A DNA stretch of 57,595 bases from Actinomycetota bacterium (GTDB lineage: Bacteria; Armatimonadota; SYMT01), in contig SYKE01000083.1 of the NCBI GenBank assembly GCA_005798285.1, forward strand, positions 1 to 57,595. Direction: 5' to 3'. The notes below the pieces were generated by a model. That model saw only the letters and a program-made list of their open reading frames with translations. It had not been told where the DNA came from and made no database searches. This document shows positions 1 through 9,229 of this stretch, piece by piece (positions within the stretch are counted from its first letter, which is position 1; the number at the start of each line of letters is the position of its first letter). The translations under genes and the position numbers were made by a program.

Positions 1-629
1 ATGGGATCGAGCGCGGAGCAGGGCTCATCCATAAGGAGTACGTCGGGCTCTACCGCCAGTGCCCGGGCTATGCAGAGGCGCTGCTGCTGACCACCCGAGA
101 GTTCGAGGGCTCCCTTGCGGAGCACATCCTTGACCTCTTCCCAAAGCGCCGCCGACCGGAGGCTCTTCTCGACGATCTCCTCGATTTGAGATCGCCGCCG
201 CACGCCATGCAGTCGCGGCCCATACGCGACATTCTCAAAGATCGACTTGGGAAACGGGTTGGGCTTTTGGAAGACCATGCCGACGCGCTTCCGAAGCTCC
301 ACCACGTCTACTTTTCGGTCGAAGATCTCCACCCCGTCCAACTGAACGCTGCCGGTGGTTCGGGTGTTCGGCAGCAACTCGTTCATCCGGTTCAAGCACC
401 GGAGAAAGGTCGACTTGCCGCAACCCGACGGACCGATGAGCGCAGTGACTTCCCGGGGCTGAATCGTGGCGTTGATCGCCTTCAGAGCGTGGTGCTTCCC
501 GTAATAGAAGTCCAATCCCTGAACGAGAAACTTCGGTCGTTCGCCTGGGTTGCCCCCTCCGCCGCCAGGCTCTGTGAGTTGGGCCGAGGTCGGACTTCGG
601 GGTACCAAATCCTTGGTTGCTTCTCTCAT
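1..629 (-). CDS. pstB: phosphate ABC transporter ATP-binding protein PstB (C-terminal end runs off the window start)
   Basis: Absent from the ORF track because it has no in-window stop. My reverse-strand translation from the ATG (complement of 627-629) reads [12 protein letters not shown]...[53 protein letters not shown]...[33 protein letters not shown]. This shows Walker A, the LSGGQ signature and Walker B. It starts 15 nt after the pstA stop. Confidence 0.9.
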   Translation of the reverse strand, partial: MREATKDLVPRSPTSAQLTEPGGGGGNPGERPKFLVQGLDFYYGKHHALKAINATIQPREVTALIGPSGCGKSTFLRCLNRMNELLPNTRTTGSVQLDGVEIFDRKVDVVELRKRVGMVFQKPNPFPKSIFENVAYGPRLHGVRRRSQIEEIVEKSLRSAALWEEVKDVLRKGALELSGGQQQRLCIARALAVEPDVLLMDEPCSALDP

Positions 630-643
630 GGTTGGAAGTGGAT

Positions 644-1558
644 CTACCAGCGAATTCTCGCACGAGCGCGGCTGCGAACCACGGAGGCTACCACGTTCAG
701 CATGCATACCACACCGAGAAGTGTTAGAGCCGTTCCCCACGGCGCCTTCTCCGGAACGTCGGGCACCTGCGTGGCAAGAACATAGAGATGATACGGCAGC
801 GCCATGAACGGAGAGTGGATGCTGTCCGGGAGCGACGGAAGAAAGAAGGCCGCCCCGGTCAGCAGGATCGGCGCGGTTTCACCCGCCGCCCGGCTCAGCC
901 CCAGGATCATACCGGTAGCGATGCCGGGAATCGCAGCGGGGAGCACGATCCGTCGGGTGGTCTGCCAACGGGTTGCCCCGAGCGCCAGACTCGCCTGCCG
1001 CATCCCATCGGGCACCGAGAGCAGCGCCTCCTCCGAGGCGGTGATGGCCACCGGCAGAATCATCAGGCTCAATGTCAGGGCCGCCCAGATCAGCCCTCCC
1101 GTGCCGAAAGTGGGTTCCGGGAGCTTGTTCGCGTGGAAGATTTGATCGATTCTGCCGCCGAAGATCACCACGAACAGCCCGGCCCCAAACAAGCCGTAAA
1201 CCACGGAGGGAACGCCGGCGAGATTCACGATCGCGAGCCGGAGTACCCGCGTGAACCACCCGCCGCGACCATACTCGGTGAGGTAGATGGCCCCTACCAG
1301 TCCCGGCGGGAGCGACAACACACAGGTCCCGAGGATCAGGTAGAGCGACCCGACGAGCGGGGACAGGATGCCCCCCTCCTTCATGAACTTCGCAGGTGGG
1401 GTGGTGAGAAACTCCAGCGACATGGCGGGTAACCCACGCCGAGTGAGCTCCCAGAAGAGATAAGCGATCGGCGTCAACACCGCGATGCCGGCGCCGGAGA
1501 GCAACACGTATTGCCCGATCTCACTCAGTCGGAACCACGCGGAACGACGGCTTCTCAC
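644..1558 (-). CDS. pstA: phosphate ABC transporter permease PstA
   Basis: 304-aa multi-TM ORF with the permease loop [31 protein letters not shown]. It lies between pstC and pstB and overlaps pstC by 4 nt. Confidence 0.85.
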   Translation of the reverse strand: MRSRRSAWFRLSEIGQYVLLSGAGIAVLTPIAYLFWELTRRGLPAMSLEFLTTPPAKFMKEGGILSPLVGSLYLILGTCVLSLPPGLVGAIYLTEYGRGGWFTRVLRLAIVNLAGVPSVVYGLFGAGLFVVIFGGRIDQIFHANKLPEPTFGTGGLIWAALTLSLMILPVAITASEEALLSVPDGMRQASLALGATRWQTTRRIVLPAAIPGIATGMILGLSRAAGETAPILLTGAAFFLPSLPDSIHSPFMALPYHLYVLATQVPDVPEKAPWGTALTLLGVVCMLNVVASVVRSRARARIRW

Positions 1559-2544
1559 GAGCGCCTCCCGCTGGAGATCGCGATGTCGGCCAGGGTATTC
1601 ACCATGAAGGTGATCACGAAGAGTACCACGCCCAGGGCGAAGAGCGCGTGATAGTGGATCGTCCCCTGAGCGGTCTCACCCATCTCGGCGGCAATGGTGG
1701 CGGTCAGTGTTCGGACAGACTGGAGCACGCTGTTGTCGGCCACGGGCGCCATGAGCTTCGAGGGCAGGCTCGCGGCATTCCCCGTGGTCATCAGCACGGT
1801 CATGGTCTCTCCAATCGCCCGCCCCACGCCCAGCATGAGTGCGGCTAGAATCCCCCGGCGGGCCGAGGGGACCGTGATCCTCCAGATGGTTTGGAGCGGC
1901 GTGGCGCCGAGCGCCAGCGATCCCAGACGGTAATCTCGCGGTACCGCGTGCAGTGCATCCTCCGAGATGCTGATGATCGTTGGGAGCGCCATCAGGGAAA
2001 GAAGCGCCCCGCCTGTCAGAGCGGTGAGCCCCGTGTTCAGCTTCAACGTCTCCCGCATCCACGGGGCGAGAAGCGCCATTCCCACGAAGCCGATGACGAC
2101 GGACGGGACCCCCGCAAGCAGTTCAACGACGGACTTTAGAAGCGCCTGAGTCCGCCCTCCGGCGATCTCCCCCAGAAACGTCGCGCACAGGAGTCCCACC
2201 GGCAGCGCGAGCAGCACCGCGATCAGCGTCGTCAGGGTGGTTCCACCGATGAGCGGGAGGGCTCCAAACGCTTCATCGGGCTCGAGCGGATACCACTTCT
2301 CCCCCCGAAGCAAACTCCAGAGAGATCGTTGCTCGAAGAACGGCGCGCTTTCCCTCAGGAGAAAGTAGAAGATCAGGCCAACAATTGCCACCACGAGTGT
2401 GGCCCCGGCGTAGATCACCGCCGTAGCCAGTCGATCCATCGTGGCCGCCGCCGAGATGCTCCCTCGATGGATCGTTGGGGGTTGGGTGGAGGCGAGAGGC
2501 GCCGAGGGGCGCCGGATCTGGCTAGGGTGGGTCGACATGGCCAT
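1555..2544 (-). CDS. pstC: phosphate ABC transporter permease PstC
   Basis: 329-aa multi-TM ORF with LGSLALGATPLQTIWRITVPSARRGILAALMLGVGRAIGETM, a binding-protein-dependent permease signature. Operon position is between pstS and pstA. Confidence 0.85.
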   Translation of the reverse strand: MAMSTHPSQIRRPSAPLASTQPPTIHRGSISAAATMDRLATAVIYAGATLVVAIVGLIFYFLLRESAPFFEQRSLWSLLRGEKWYPLEPDEAFGALPLIGGTTLTTLIAVLLALPVGLLCATFLGEIAGGRTQALLKSVVELLAGVPSVVIGFVGMALLAPWMRETLKLNTGLTALTGGALLSLMALPTIISISEDALHAVPRDYRLGSLALGATPLQTIWRITVPSARRGILAALMLGVGRAIGETMTVLMTTGNAASLPSKLMAPVADNSVLQSVRTLTATIAAEMGETAQGTIHYHALFALGVVLFVITFMVNTLADIAISSGRRS

Positions 2545-2570
2545 GCTCTCCCGGGCGACCGAACTTCGGC

Positions 2571-3425
2571 CTAGCGGATGGCGGTGTAGCCGACTTCCTT
2601 CACGGTCTTCTGTCCCGCAGGGCTCAACGCAAAGCGAATAAACTCCGCCGCCATTCCCGCGGGTTTTCCAGGGGTGATCAGGTAGAGTGGCCGCGAGATC
2701 GGGTACTTGCCGGAGCGGATGTTCGCATCGGTGGGTTGAATCGGCGCAACTCCCGGTTTTGCAGCGACCGGGAGGACCTTAACACCGGCCTGGGACTTGA
2801 AGTAAGCCTCACCCCCATAGCCGATGGCGGCCGGGTTCTTGGAGATCTCCGTGGCGATCGCCTTGGTGGACGGCATCAGCAGCGCGTCTGACCGGTAGTT
2901 CTTGTTTTGGAGCACGTGCTCGCGAAAAAACACATAGGTGCCGGAGCTGCTCTCCCGCGAGAGGACCAGAATCTTGCCCAGCTTGCCTTTGAGTGCGCTC
3001 CAGTCGCTCATGCTCCCGTCGAAGACGAAGGCAATCTGCGGTACCGAGAGTGCCTTCAGCGGGTTCTGCGCATTCACGGCAATGGCTACGCCATCCAACG
3101 CACAGGATGTTTGGGTTGCGGTGCGTCCCTTTTGCGCGGCTCGCTGTTTTTCGCTGGACGACAGCTCTCGCGAACACGTCGCAATGTCGCATGTGCCGTT
3201 GAGCAGCGCTGCGATGCCGGTGCCGCTGCCGCCTCCGGTGACCGAGATCTGACTGCCCGGGTGCGCTTCCATGAAGGACTCAGCCCAGGCCTGCCCCAGA
3301 TTCACCATCGTGTCGGAGCCCTTGATGGAGAGGGTCTTCTTCTGCGCCGCCGACGGAAACACCGTTAGGAGAACCGCCGCGGTCCAGATCGAGCAAAGGG
3401 AGGATGTTAGAAGTCTTCGCCGCAT
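2571..3425 (-). CDS. pstS: phosphate ABC transporter substrate-binding protein PstS
   Basis: The ORF-track ORF is 2571..3503. I prefer the internal ATG (complement of 3423-3425), which gives MRRRLLTSSLCSIWTAAVLLTVFPSAAQ, a signal peptide. Motifs GSDTMVNLGQAWAE and GGGSGTGIAAL are PstS-like. It heads the pstCAB genes. Confidence 0.8.
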   Translation of the reverse strand: MRRRLLTSSLCSIWTAAVLLTVFPSAAQKKTLSIKGSDTMVNLGQAWAESFMEAHPGSQISVTGGGSGTGIAALLNGTCDIATCSRELSSSEKQRAAQKGRTATQTSCALDGVAIAVNAQNPLKALSVPQIAFVFDGSMSDWSALKGKLGKILVLSRESSSGTYVFFREHVLQNKNYRSDALLMPSTKAIATEISKNPAAIGYGGEAYFKSQAGVKVLPVAAKPGVAPIQPTDANIRSGKYPISRPLYLITPGKPAGMAAEFIRFALSPAGQKTVKEVGYTAIR

Positions 3426-3563
3426 CGTTTCCGCCAGTCGACGGCGGCGGTGTGCCGCGCCGAGAAGTGCCCGGATCCGGGGAGCGGCGCCGGGCCGAGC
3501 CAACGGGCGATTGTGGACTTCCGAAGCTTAACGAGAGACTATGGGAACCTTACATCCCGGCAG

Positions 3564-3597
3564 CGCGGGGCCCCGGTTCTCACCTTAGGGCCCCGCG
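3564..3597 (-). terminator. GC-rich hairpin after the amidohydrolase gene and upstream of pstS
   Basis: CGCGGGGCCC (3564-3573) and GGGCCCCGCG (3588-3597) form a perfect 10-bp inverted repeat with a 14-nt loop. It starts 24 nt after the stop of the 3621..4916 gene. No U-tract follows. Confidence 0.4.
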
Positions 3598-3620
3598 AAC
3601 GAATGGCGCACGGCCGCACA

Positions 3621-4916
3621 TCAGGCAGATGCAGCGGCGATAGCGGATCGGCACGCGTCCAGTCGGAAACACTCGTACTGGTTGTTGCGCATGACATCTG
3701 AGGCGACGGATCGGGCCTCGGACTCGCTCAGATACCCTTCCTCGACCTCTGCACGGAGCGCTCGCGACAGCCAGTGACGGCACTGAAGCGCATAAGCCGC
3801 CGCACTGGTCGGCCAGCGGGTGTCGCCGCCGAACGCGAACAGCTTGTTGATAGGCGCCTCGTGAAGAAAGCGGCGAACGAACAAGCCCGCCGCCCTGGGA
3901 TTGATCGACCACGCCCAACAGAGATCGGCGTACGCGTTCGGAAAGTGCTTCACCATCGCAGTTAACTCGTCCGAATACGGGTGAGCGATGTGCATCAACA
4001 CGAATCGGGTGCCGGGATACTGGCGGAACAACTCGGCGAGGTGTGATGCGTGGATGCGATCCATCACCATGTGCCAGTTGCCGGCGTAGTAGCCGGTGTG
4101 GAGCTTGAACGGGAGGTCGTAGCGCCCCGCCAGCTCCGCGCCTTTGGCCCAGCACCAGTCGCCGAGGCAGAGGCGCGACTCCTCGGATCTACCCTGGGGA
4201 TCGTGGAGATAGTCCTGCAGAGACCGCTCTGCCTCTCCTCGACTTCGAGGAACCCAAGCGAGCGAGCGATTGTACGCGTGCTGGGCTTTTACGGCGATTG
4301 CCGTCGGTCCCCACCGCTCGAACAGCGACTCCATGGCAGTATCCAGGGATTGAACCGAATTCACCGTGATTCCGGTTGCGTCGGCCAACTGCTCCAGATC
4401 GGGGCGACCGCTGCAGAACGTCCACCAGGAGAGGTCGTAGAGAAAGAAGTCGGGACCGGACTCGTCGGGTGGGCAGGGCCAGCAGAAGTCATCGGTCTGA
4501 ATGTGGTCCAGCCCCACCACGTCGCGAAGTAGCCTCAGGCGGTTTCCGGGTTCTCGGAGCTCCAACGTACGTCGGGATGCCTCCGCCAGCTTTTCGGGCA
4601 CGAGCTCTTCCAGCCCGTAGAATGTCGACGCGATGGTCCGGACCGCTTCGCCGTAGCCGGTATGACGAATCGCCCGCCACGCCTTCTCCACGCCTCTGAA
4701 GCGGCCCTCAAGGTCCGGATCGGACGGATCGGCCAGCCGCCGGACCGCCTCCGGAGAAGCCCCAGCGGAGATGAGATCCGCCGGCACGTAATTGAAGAAC
4801 AGGTCCTGAAGAACATCCTTCGGGCCCTCATCCGCCCAGCCCGGCTCCCGCAGCAGGTGTTCGTGCGTGTCCACCAGGGGTGCGGATTGGATAAAGATCT
4901 CGAGATCGGTTGCCAC
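3621..4916 (-). CDS. TIM-barrel metal-dependent hydrolase (amidohydrolase superfamily, uronate-isomerase/amidohydrolase-2-like)
   Basis: 431 aa. N-terminal VDTHEHL (HxH), then FKLHTGYY, VLMHIAHPY, NAYADLCWAW and FGGD follow the amidohydrolase-fold beta-strand pattern. The exact family cannot be resolved by eye. Confidence 0.6.
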   Translation of the reverse strand: MATDLEIFIQSAPLVDTHEHLLREPGWADEGPKDVLQDLFFNYVPADLISAGASPEAVRRLADPSDPDLEGRFRGVEKAWRAIRHTGYGEAVRTIASTFYGLEELVPEKLAEASRRTLELREPGNRLRLLRDVVGLDHIQTDDFCWPCPPDESGPDFFLYDLSWWTFCSGRPDLEQLADATGITVNSVQSLDTAMESLFERWGPTAIAVKAQHAYNRSLAWVPRSRGEAERSLQDYLHDPQGRSEESRLCLGDWCWAKGAELAGRYDLPFKLHTGYYAGNWHMVMDRIHASHLAELFRQYPGTRFVLMHIAHPYSDELTAMVKHFPNAYADLCWAWSINPRAAGLFVRRFLHEAPINKLFAFGGDTRWPTSAAAYALQCRHWLSRALRAEVEEGYLSESEARSVASDVMRNNQYECFRLDACRSAIAAASA

Positions 4917-4937
4917 GTGTATCCTCCGGGATGACGA

Positions 4938-5624
4938 CTACCCTCCGACTGCGGTGAGTGCCCGAGCGTACTTGGACCGATCGGTTGAAATTCCATTCGC
5001 GAGTTTCGCGGCTTCGGCTCCGGCCCGGTTGAGCGCATCCAGATCGTCGGCCGACGGCGGCTCACCACCGACGAGTTCCAACTCCAGTTCCCACTCCCGG
5101 CTCTCGCCGTAGGGCCCCCGAAACTCGACCTCATCCAGCGCGACTTCGATCTGCCGACCGCCCAGCCCATCCAGCAGGAGCACTGTTCGCCGGTTCTCGA
5201 CCTGAACCACGGTCTCCAGGAGATCCGGGGATGGAAGGCCGCGAAGGTCGTGACGCTTCACACACTGGGCGTACCAGTCTCGGGCCGACCACTCTCCTGC
5301 GGGCTCTTCGATCTCGATGCGGCCAACGCCGACCCGCTTCAGCTTGAGGGTGTAGAGACGGATCAAGTCGCCATCGCCCTGTACCACTCGACCCCGAAGA
5401 GAGCCTCCCAGTTCTGCAATGCCCCGGCTCGGAGAGTCCCAGTAGGTATCGGTCTGATCGAACGAACGGACAGTTAGAACCGGGTGGCCGGCAATTCGAG
5501 TTGCCGAGAGAAGCCGATGCAGGGACGCCGCGTCCGGCGCCAAAAACTTGAGTTCGGTCTCAATCACGGGCGCCGCCTTTCCAGTGGCTGTGAGAGAATG
5601 GCTGCTAAACGGAGATCGGAGCAA
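4938..5624 (-). CDS. CYTH (triphosphate tunnel metalloenzyme) domain protein
   Basis: 228 aa. IETELKFL is the ExExK start motif. Alternating charged beta-strands (YTLKLKR, IEIEE, IEVALDEVEF, EWELELELV) are typical of CYTH. The start is uncertain: ATG at 5624 leaves only 8 nt to the divergent gene, and GTG at complement 5565-5567 is an alternative. Confidence 0.7.
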   Translation of the reverse strand: MLRSPFSSHSLTATGKAAPVIETELKFLAPDAASLHRLLSATRIAGHPVLTVRSFDQTDTYWDSPSRGIAELGGSLRGRVVQGDGDLIRLYTLKLKRVGVGRIEIEEPAGEWSARDWYAQCVKRHDLRGLPSPDLLETVVQVENRRTVLLLDGLGGRQIEVALDEVEFRGPYGESREWELELELVGGEPPSADDLDALNRAGAEAAKLANGISTDRSKYARALTAVGG

Positions 5625-5632
5625 ACCTCGCG

Positions 5633-7417
5633 ATGTTGAAGCGTGCCTTCATTATGATGTCCCTCGGCGCTGCCGCCGCACTGGCTGCGGCTCCTGGCGC
5701 CGGCGGAGCCCAGCAGGGGGGAATGGCGACCGATGAGTTGTTAAAACGTACTGCGGAAGTGGGCGCACTCCCGGGCGAACCTACTCTGGTGGAGCGCGCC
5801 GGAATCAGTCGAGGGGATCGTGTGCTCCCGTCGCTCGAAAGCGCGGAGCCGGTCGAATCCGGTAAGAAGCGATTGGTTCTGGTGGGTGGGTTGGACGGAA
5901 ATGACCGATCCGTGGACGCCGTCCTGAACGCCATCCGCTGGTGGAAGACCGCGGCGCCGGCCGCGTTGAAGCAGCAGTGGTCGGTGACAGCTCTGATTTG
6001 CGGTAACCCGGAAGGCCTGGCGCAGCTCAAGCCCACCAACGACTCGGGCGGCAAACCGGCCGTGAACTACCCCCCGGAGACCGGTTTCTTCAACGACAAG
6101 GTCAACGTGGAGGCCCGATACATCTGGCGGTGGATCGCCATTCAGGCTCCCGACCTGGTGGTCGAAACCCGCGGAGCCACGCGCCTCTCGTGGCTCGCGC
6201 CCGCCCAACCGGCCCCGCTGCGGGCAGCATTGGGCGCTCAGCCCTTGAGCGCGCCGGACTCCCTTCCGCTGACGCTGGGGATGGGGGCGCCGTCCGGGCT
6301 GGGAACTACCCCCGCCGTAATCGCACTGGTGCGGGCCGCGGAGGGTCCGCGAATGCTGGAGCAGGCGCTTCAGGCGGGGAGCGGATTGCCGATCTCTCCC
6401 ATGCGGCAGGCTGCCATGGCGCGCATCCGCCGCCCCATTGAGCAGACTGCCCAGGTTCTGGCTGCGCGGTACCCGCAAACTCCGTCGGTGGGCTACATCC
6501 CCGCCGTGGCGTGGTCTGCCCGGCTCTCACTCTCGAAGCTGACGGGTGACGCCGGACTTCGGACTCGCGTCGTCGAGGCCCTTCGCCCGTGGCTCAGCGG
6601 AGAGAAGCCCGCGCTGGCATCTCCCCCGTCGCTGGTCAACCTTGCGGGCCACATCGCCTTCGGAGATCTGGCGCTCGACGAGTCCCAGCCGGAGGAACTT
6701 CGTGCTTCTGCCCGAAAGCTCGTGATGGATGCGGCCCTGAACTGTCGCCCGGAAAAGCCGGGGGAGCGAGCCCGACCGGGGCAGTTCTGGACCGATGACA
6801 TGTTCATGCAGAACACCCTCCTCCGCCGAGCCGCCCAGTTGGGGGATCCTGAAGCGAGTGAACTGATGGTACGCACCCTGAAGGAGTACCTCAGCAAACT
6901 TCAGCGGCAGGACGGGATCTTCGTGCACGCCCTGGACGGTCCGCACGCCTGGGGCCGGGGCAACGGCTTCGCAGCTCTCGGAATGATGGAGGCGTTGACG
7001 CAGATCCCGAAGACGCACCCCGAACGGTCCGGCATCGAGGCGGCCTGTCGCCGACACGTGGAAGCCCTCACCCGGGTGCAATCTCCGGAAGGCGCCTGGC
7101 GACAGGTCATCGATCACCGCGAGAGCTATCGGGAGGTCACGGCGACCGCGATGAATCTCTCCGCGATTGCCCGGGGAATTCGGCTTGGCTGGCTGGGGCG
7201 AGAACACGTCCCGACGGCCGAGCGCGCCTGGAGAGCCCTGTCGGCGCGGATCGGGGATGACGGCGCCCTGCTGGACGTGTGCACGGGCACCGGGTCGGGC
7301 CCGACGCTGCGGTACTACCTGGAGCGACAGGCGATCATCGGACCGGACGATCGGGGCGGAGCGATGGCGCTGCTTGCGGCAACAGAACTGATGGCGCTCC
7401 GTCGGTCGCTGAAGTAG
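5633..7417 (+). CDS. secreted fusion protein: degenerate M14-carboxypeptidase-like N-domain plus GH88/GH105 unsaturated glycuronyl/rhamnogalacturonyl hydrolase-like C-domain
   Basis: 594 aa with signal peptide MMSLGAAAALAAAPGAGGAQ. The N-domain has LVLVGGLDGND, ICGNPEG and LVVETRG (M14-like spacing, ligands substituted). The C-domain has FWTDDMFMQ, WGRGNGFAALGMMEAL, SPEGAWRQVID, TATAMNL, DVCTGTG and RGGAMALLA, an alpha/alpha-toroid GH88/105 pattern. Confidence 0.7.
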   Translation: MLKRAFIMMSLGAAAALAAAPGAGGAQQGGMATDELLKRTAEVGALPGEPTLVERAGISRGDRVLPSLESAEPVESGKKRLVLVGGLDGNDRSVDAVLNAIRWWKTAAPAALKQQWSVTALICGNPEGLAQLKPTNDSGGKPAVNYPPETGFFNDKVNVEARYIWRWIAIQAPDLVVETRGATRLSWLAPAQPAPLRAALGAQPLSAPDSLPLTLGMGAPSGLGTTPAVIALVRAAEGPRMLEQALQAGSGLPISPMRQAAMARIRRPIEQTAQVLAARYPQTPSVGYIPAVAWSARLSLSKLTGDAGLRTRVVEALRPWLSGEKPALASPPSLVNLAGHIAFGDLALDESQPEELRASARKLVMDAALNCRPEKPGERARPGQFWTDDMFMQNTLLRRAAQLGDPEASELMVRTLKEYLSKLQRQDGIFVHALDGPHAWGRGNGFAALGMMEALTQIPKTHPERSGIEAACRRHVEALTRVQSPEGAWRQVIDHRESYREVTATAMNLSAIARGIRLGWLGREHVPTAERAWRALSARIGDDGALLDVCTGTGSGPTLRYYLERQAIIGPDDRGGAMALLAATELMALRRSLK

Positions 7418-7425
7418 CCGAGGGA

Positions 7426-7450
7426 GGGGAGTGCCTCCAGCGCACTCCCC
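7426..7450. terminator. hairpin between convergent genes (possible bidirectional terminator)
   Basis: GGGGAGTGC (7426-7434) and GCACTCCCC (7442-7450) form a 9-bp stem with a 7-nt loop. It lies in the 46-nt gap between the stops at 7417 (+) and 7464 (-). Confidence 0.45.
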
Positions 7451-7463
7451 CCCACGCTCGACG

Positions 7464-9218
7464 TCAGCCGATGAGGCGACTGACCACGTCGTCCACGCGC
7501 TTTTCATCCACCAGGTCTTCGGCATCGATGATTTCGTACCGGTAGCCCTGCTCGGTCAGGAAGAGTTGTCGATGCATCCCAAACTCCTGGTCCACCGTGT
7601 CGCGGGTGACCAGCGAGTAGAAGTGTGCCGGCCGGTTGGGGCCCTTCGGCCTCAGGATCCGACCCAGGCGCTGCGCCTCTTCTTGCCGAGAGCCAAAGGT
7701 GCCAGAGACCTGGATGGCTACATTCGCGTCAGGCAGGTCAATTGAGAAGTTGGCTACCTTGCTGACGACCAATCGCTTGAGGCGACCAGTTCGGAACTCG
7801 GCGTACAGGCGGTCCCGTTCCGTGTTCGGCGTTTTTCCAGTGATCAACGGCGCATTGTAGCGTGCCGCCAGAAGCTCTAACTGGCTGATGTACTGTCCGA
7901 TGATCAGCACCAGATCGTTTTCGTGGCTCCGCAGGATGTTGTCGACCGCGTAATCCTTGTTAGGGTTGGTGCTCGCAATGCGAAACTTCTCCCGGGACTC
8001 GGCGACGGCATATTCCATTCGCTTGTCCGGATCCATCCCGACACGGACCTCGGTGCAGAGCGCCTCCGCAATCCAGCCCTGTCGCTCAAGCACACGCCAC
8101 GGCACGTCGGCCTTCTTCGGGCCGATCAGTGAGAAGACGTCGTCTTCTCTCCCATCCTCCCGCACCAGAGTAGCCGTGAGGCCGAGTCGCCGCCGCGCCT
8201 GGATCTCCGCGGTGATCCGGAAGACCGGCGCCGGCAGCAAATGCACCTCGTCGTAAATGATCAGGCCCCAGTCCTGGGCTGAGAACAGCTCGAGGTGGGG
8301 ATAATTCTTCAGCTCGACCTCATCGGTCTTCGCGTCGGCAGCCTTCTTTCCCACGCGATGCGTCAGGACCTGGTACGTCGCAATGGTGATGGGGCGAATG
8401 TCCTTGCTCTCGCCGGAGTACTCGCCGATATCCTCCGGAGTGAGATCGGTCTTGTCCAGAATCTCGGCCTTCCACTGTCTTGCAGCGGTGATTCCGGTGG
8501 CCAGAATGAGCGTCTGCGCCTGCACCTGCGCCATCGCGCCGATCCCGATGATCGTCTTCCCCGCGCCGCACGGCAGCACGAGCACACCGCTGCCGCCTCG
8601 CTCGCTGCCGCCCGCCCAGAAGCTCGCAACCGCATCATTCTGATAGTCCCTGAGGTCGAAGGGCATTCCGTGAGTGGTCTCTCCCCTCAAGGCAAACTGG
8701 AGAGTCGTGCCGGCGGTGTAGCCGGCGAGGTCTTCCACCGGCCACCCGAGTTTGACGAGTACTTGCTTGATAGGTCCGCGGCAGAGAAGCGGAATGACAA
8801 CCTCATGCGCGTTCAGACGCTCCTTGATCAGAGATCGGCTCCGCTTATGGTTGACGACCTCTTCGATGAGCAGCGGGTCCGTACTGGAGAGGATGAGCTG
8901 ATCGGCCCGACGGATCAGCTTCAGACGGCCGTACCGACTGCAAAGGTCGGTCATGTCGACGCGGAGGCTGTGGGGCACCTCGAACTTGCTGAACTGAGTC
9001 AGCCCGCCCAGCATGTCGTCCACGGTGATGCCGGAGGCACAGGCGTTCCAGATCGACAGCGGCGTGATCCGGTAGGTGTGAATGTGCTCCGGCGACTTCT
9101 CCAGCTCCGCGAAGCGCGCAATGATCTCGCGGCAGTCCTCGTAGAGCGGGTTGTCGACCTCCACGAGCACGCTTCGGTCGGACTGAACAATCAATGGGGT
9201 GTTGGGTTGGTAGTGCAT
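7464..9218 (-). CDS. XPB/ERCC3-type SF2 DNA helicase
   Basis: 584 aa. N-domain PLIVQSDRSVLVEVDNP...HTYRITPLSIWNA, Walker A LPCGAGKT, motif II YDEVH, LGLTATLVREDGRE carrying the XPB-specific RED motif, and motif VI QEEAQRLGRILR. Confidence 0.85.
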   Translation of the reverse strand: MHYQPNTPLIVQSDRSVLVEVDNPLYEDCREIIARFAELEKSPEHIHTYRITPLSIWNACASGITVDDMLGGLTQFSKFEVPHSLRVDMTDLCSRYGRLKLIRRADQLILSSTDPLLIEEVVNHKRSRSLIKERLNAHEVVIPLLCRGPIKQVLVKLGWPVEDLAGYTAGTTLQFALRGETTHGMPFDLRDYQNDAVASFWAGGSERGGSGVLVLPCGAGKTIIGIGAMAQVQAQTLILATGITAARQWKAEILDKTDLTPEDIGEYSGESKDIRPITIATYQVLTHRVGKKAADAKTDEVELKNYPHLELFSAQDWGLIIYDEVHLLPAPVFRITAEIQARRRLGLTATLVREDGREDDVFSLIGPKKADVPWRVLERQGWIAEALCTEVRVGMDPDKRMEYAVAESREKFRIASTNPNKDYAVDNILRSHENDLVLIIGQYISQLELLAARYNAPLITGKTPNTERDRLYAEFRTGRLKRLVVSKVANFSIDLPDANVAIQVSGTFGSRQEEAQRLGRILRPKGPNRPAHFYSLVTRDTVDQEFGMHRQLFLTEQGYRYEIIDAEDLVDEKRVDDVVSRLIG

Positions 9219-9229
9219 TTCAGGTGGCC

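Noticed and set aside
3523-3552. Direct repeat GAAGCTTA / GAACCTTA, 22 nt apart, upstream of pstS, considered as a Pho box
   Set aside because: By my rough estimate, a 7-of-8 match between two octamers in a ~150-nt spacer is expected by chance. It has no resemblance to the enterobacterial CTGTCAT consensus.
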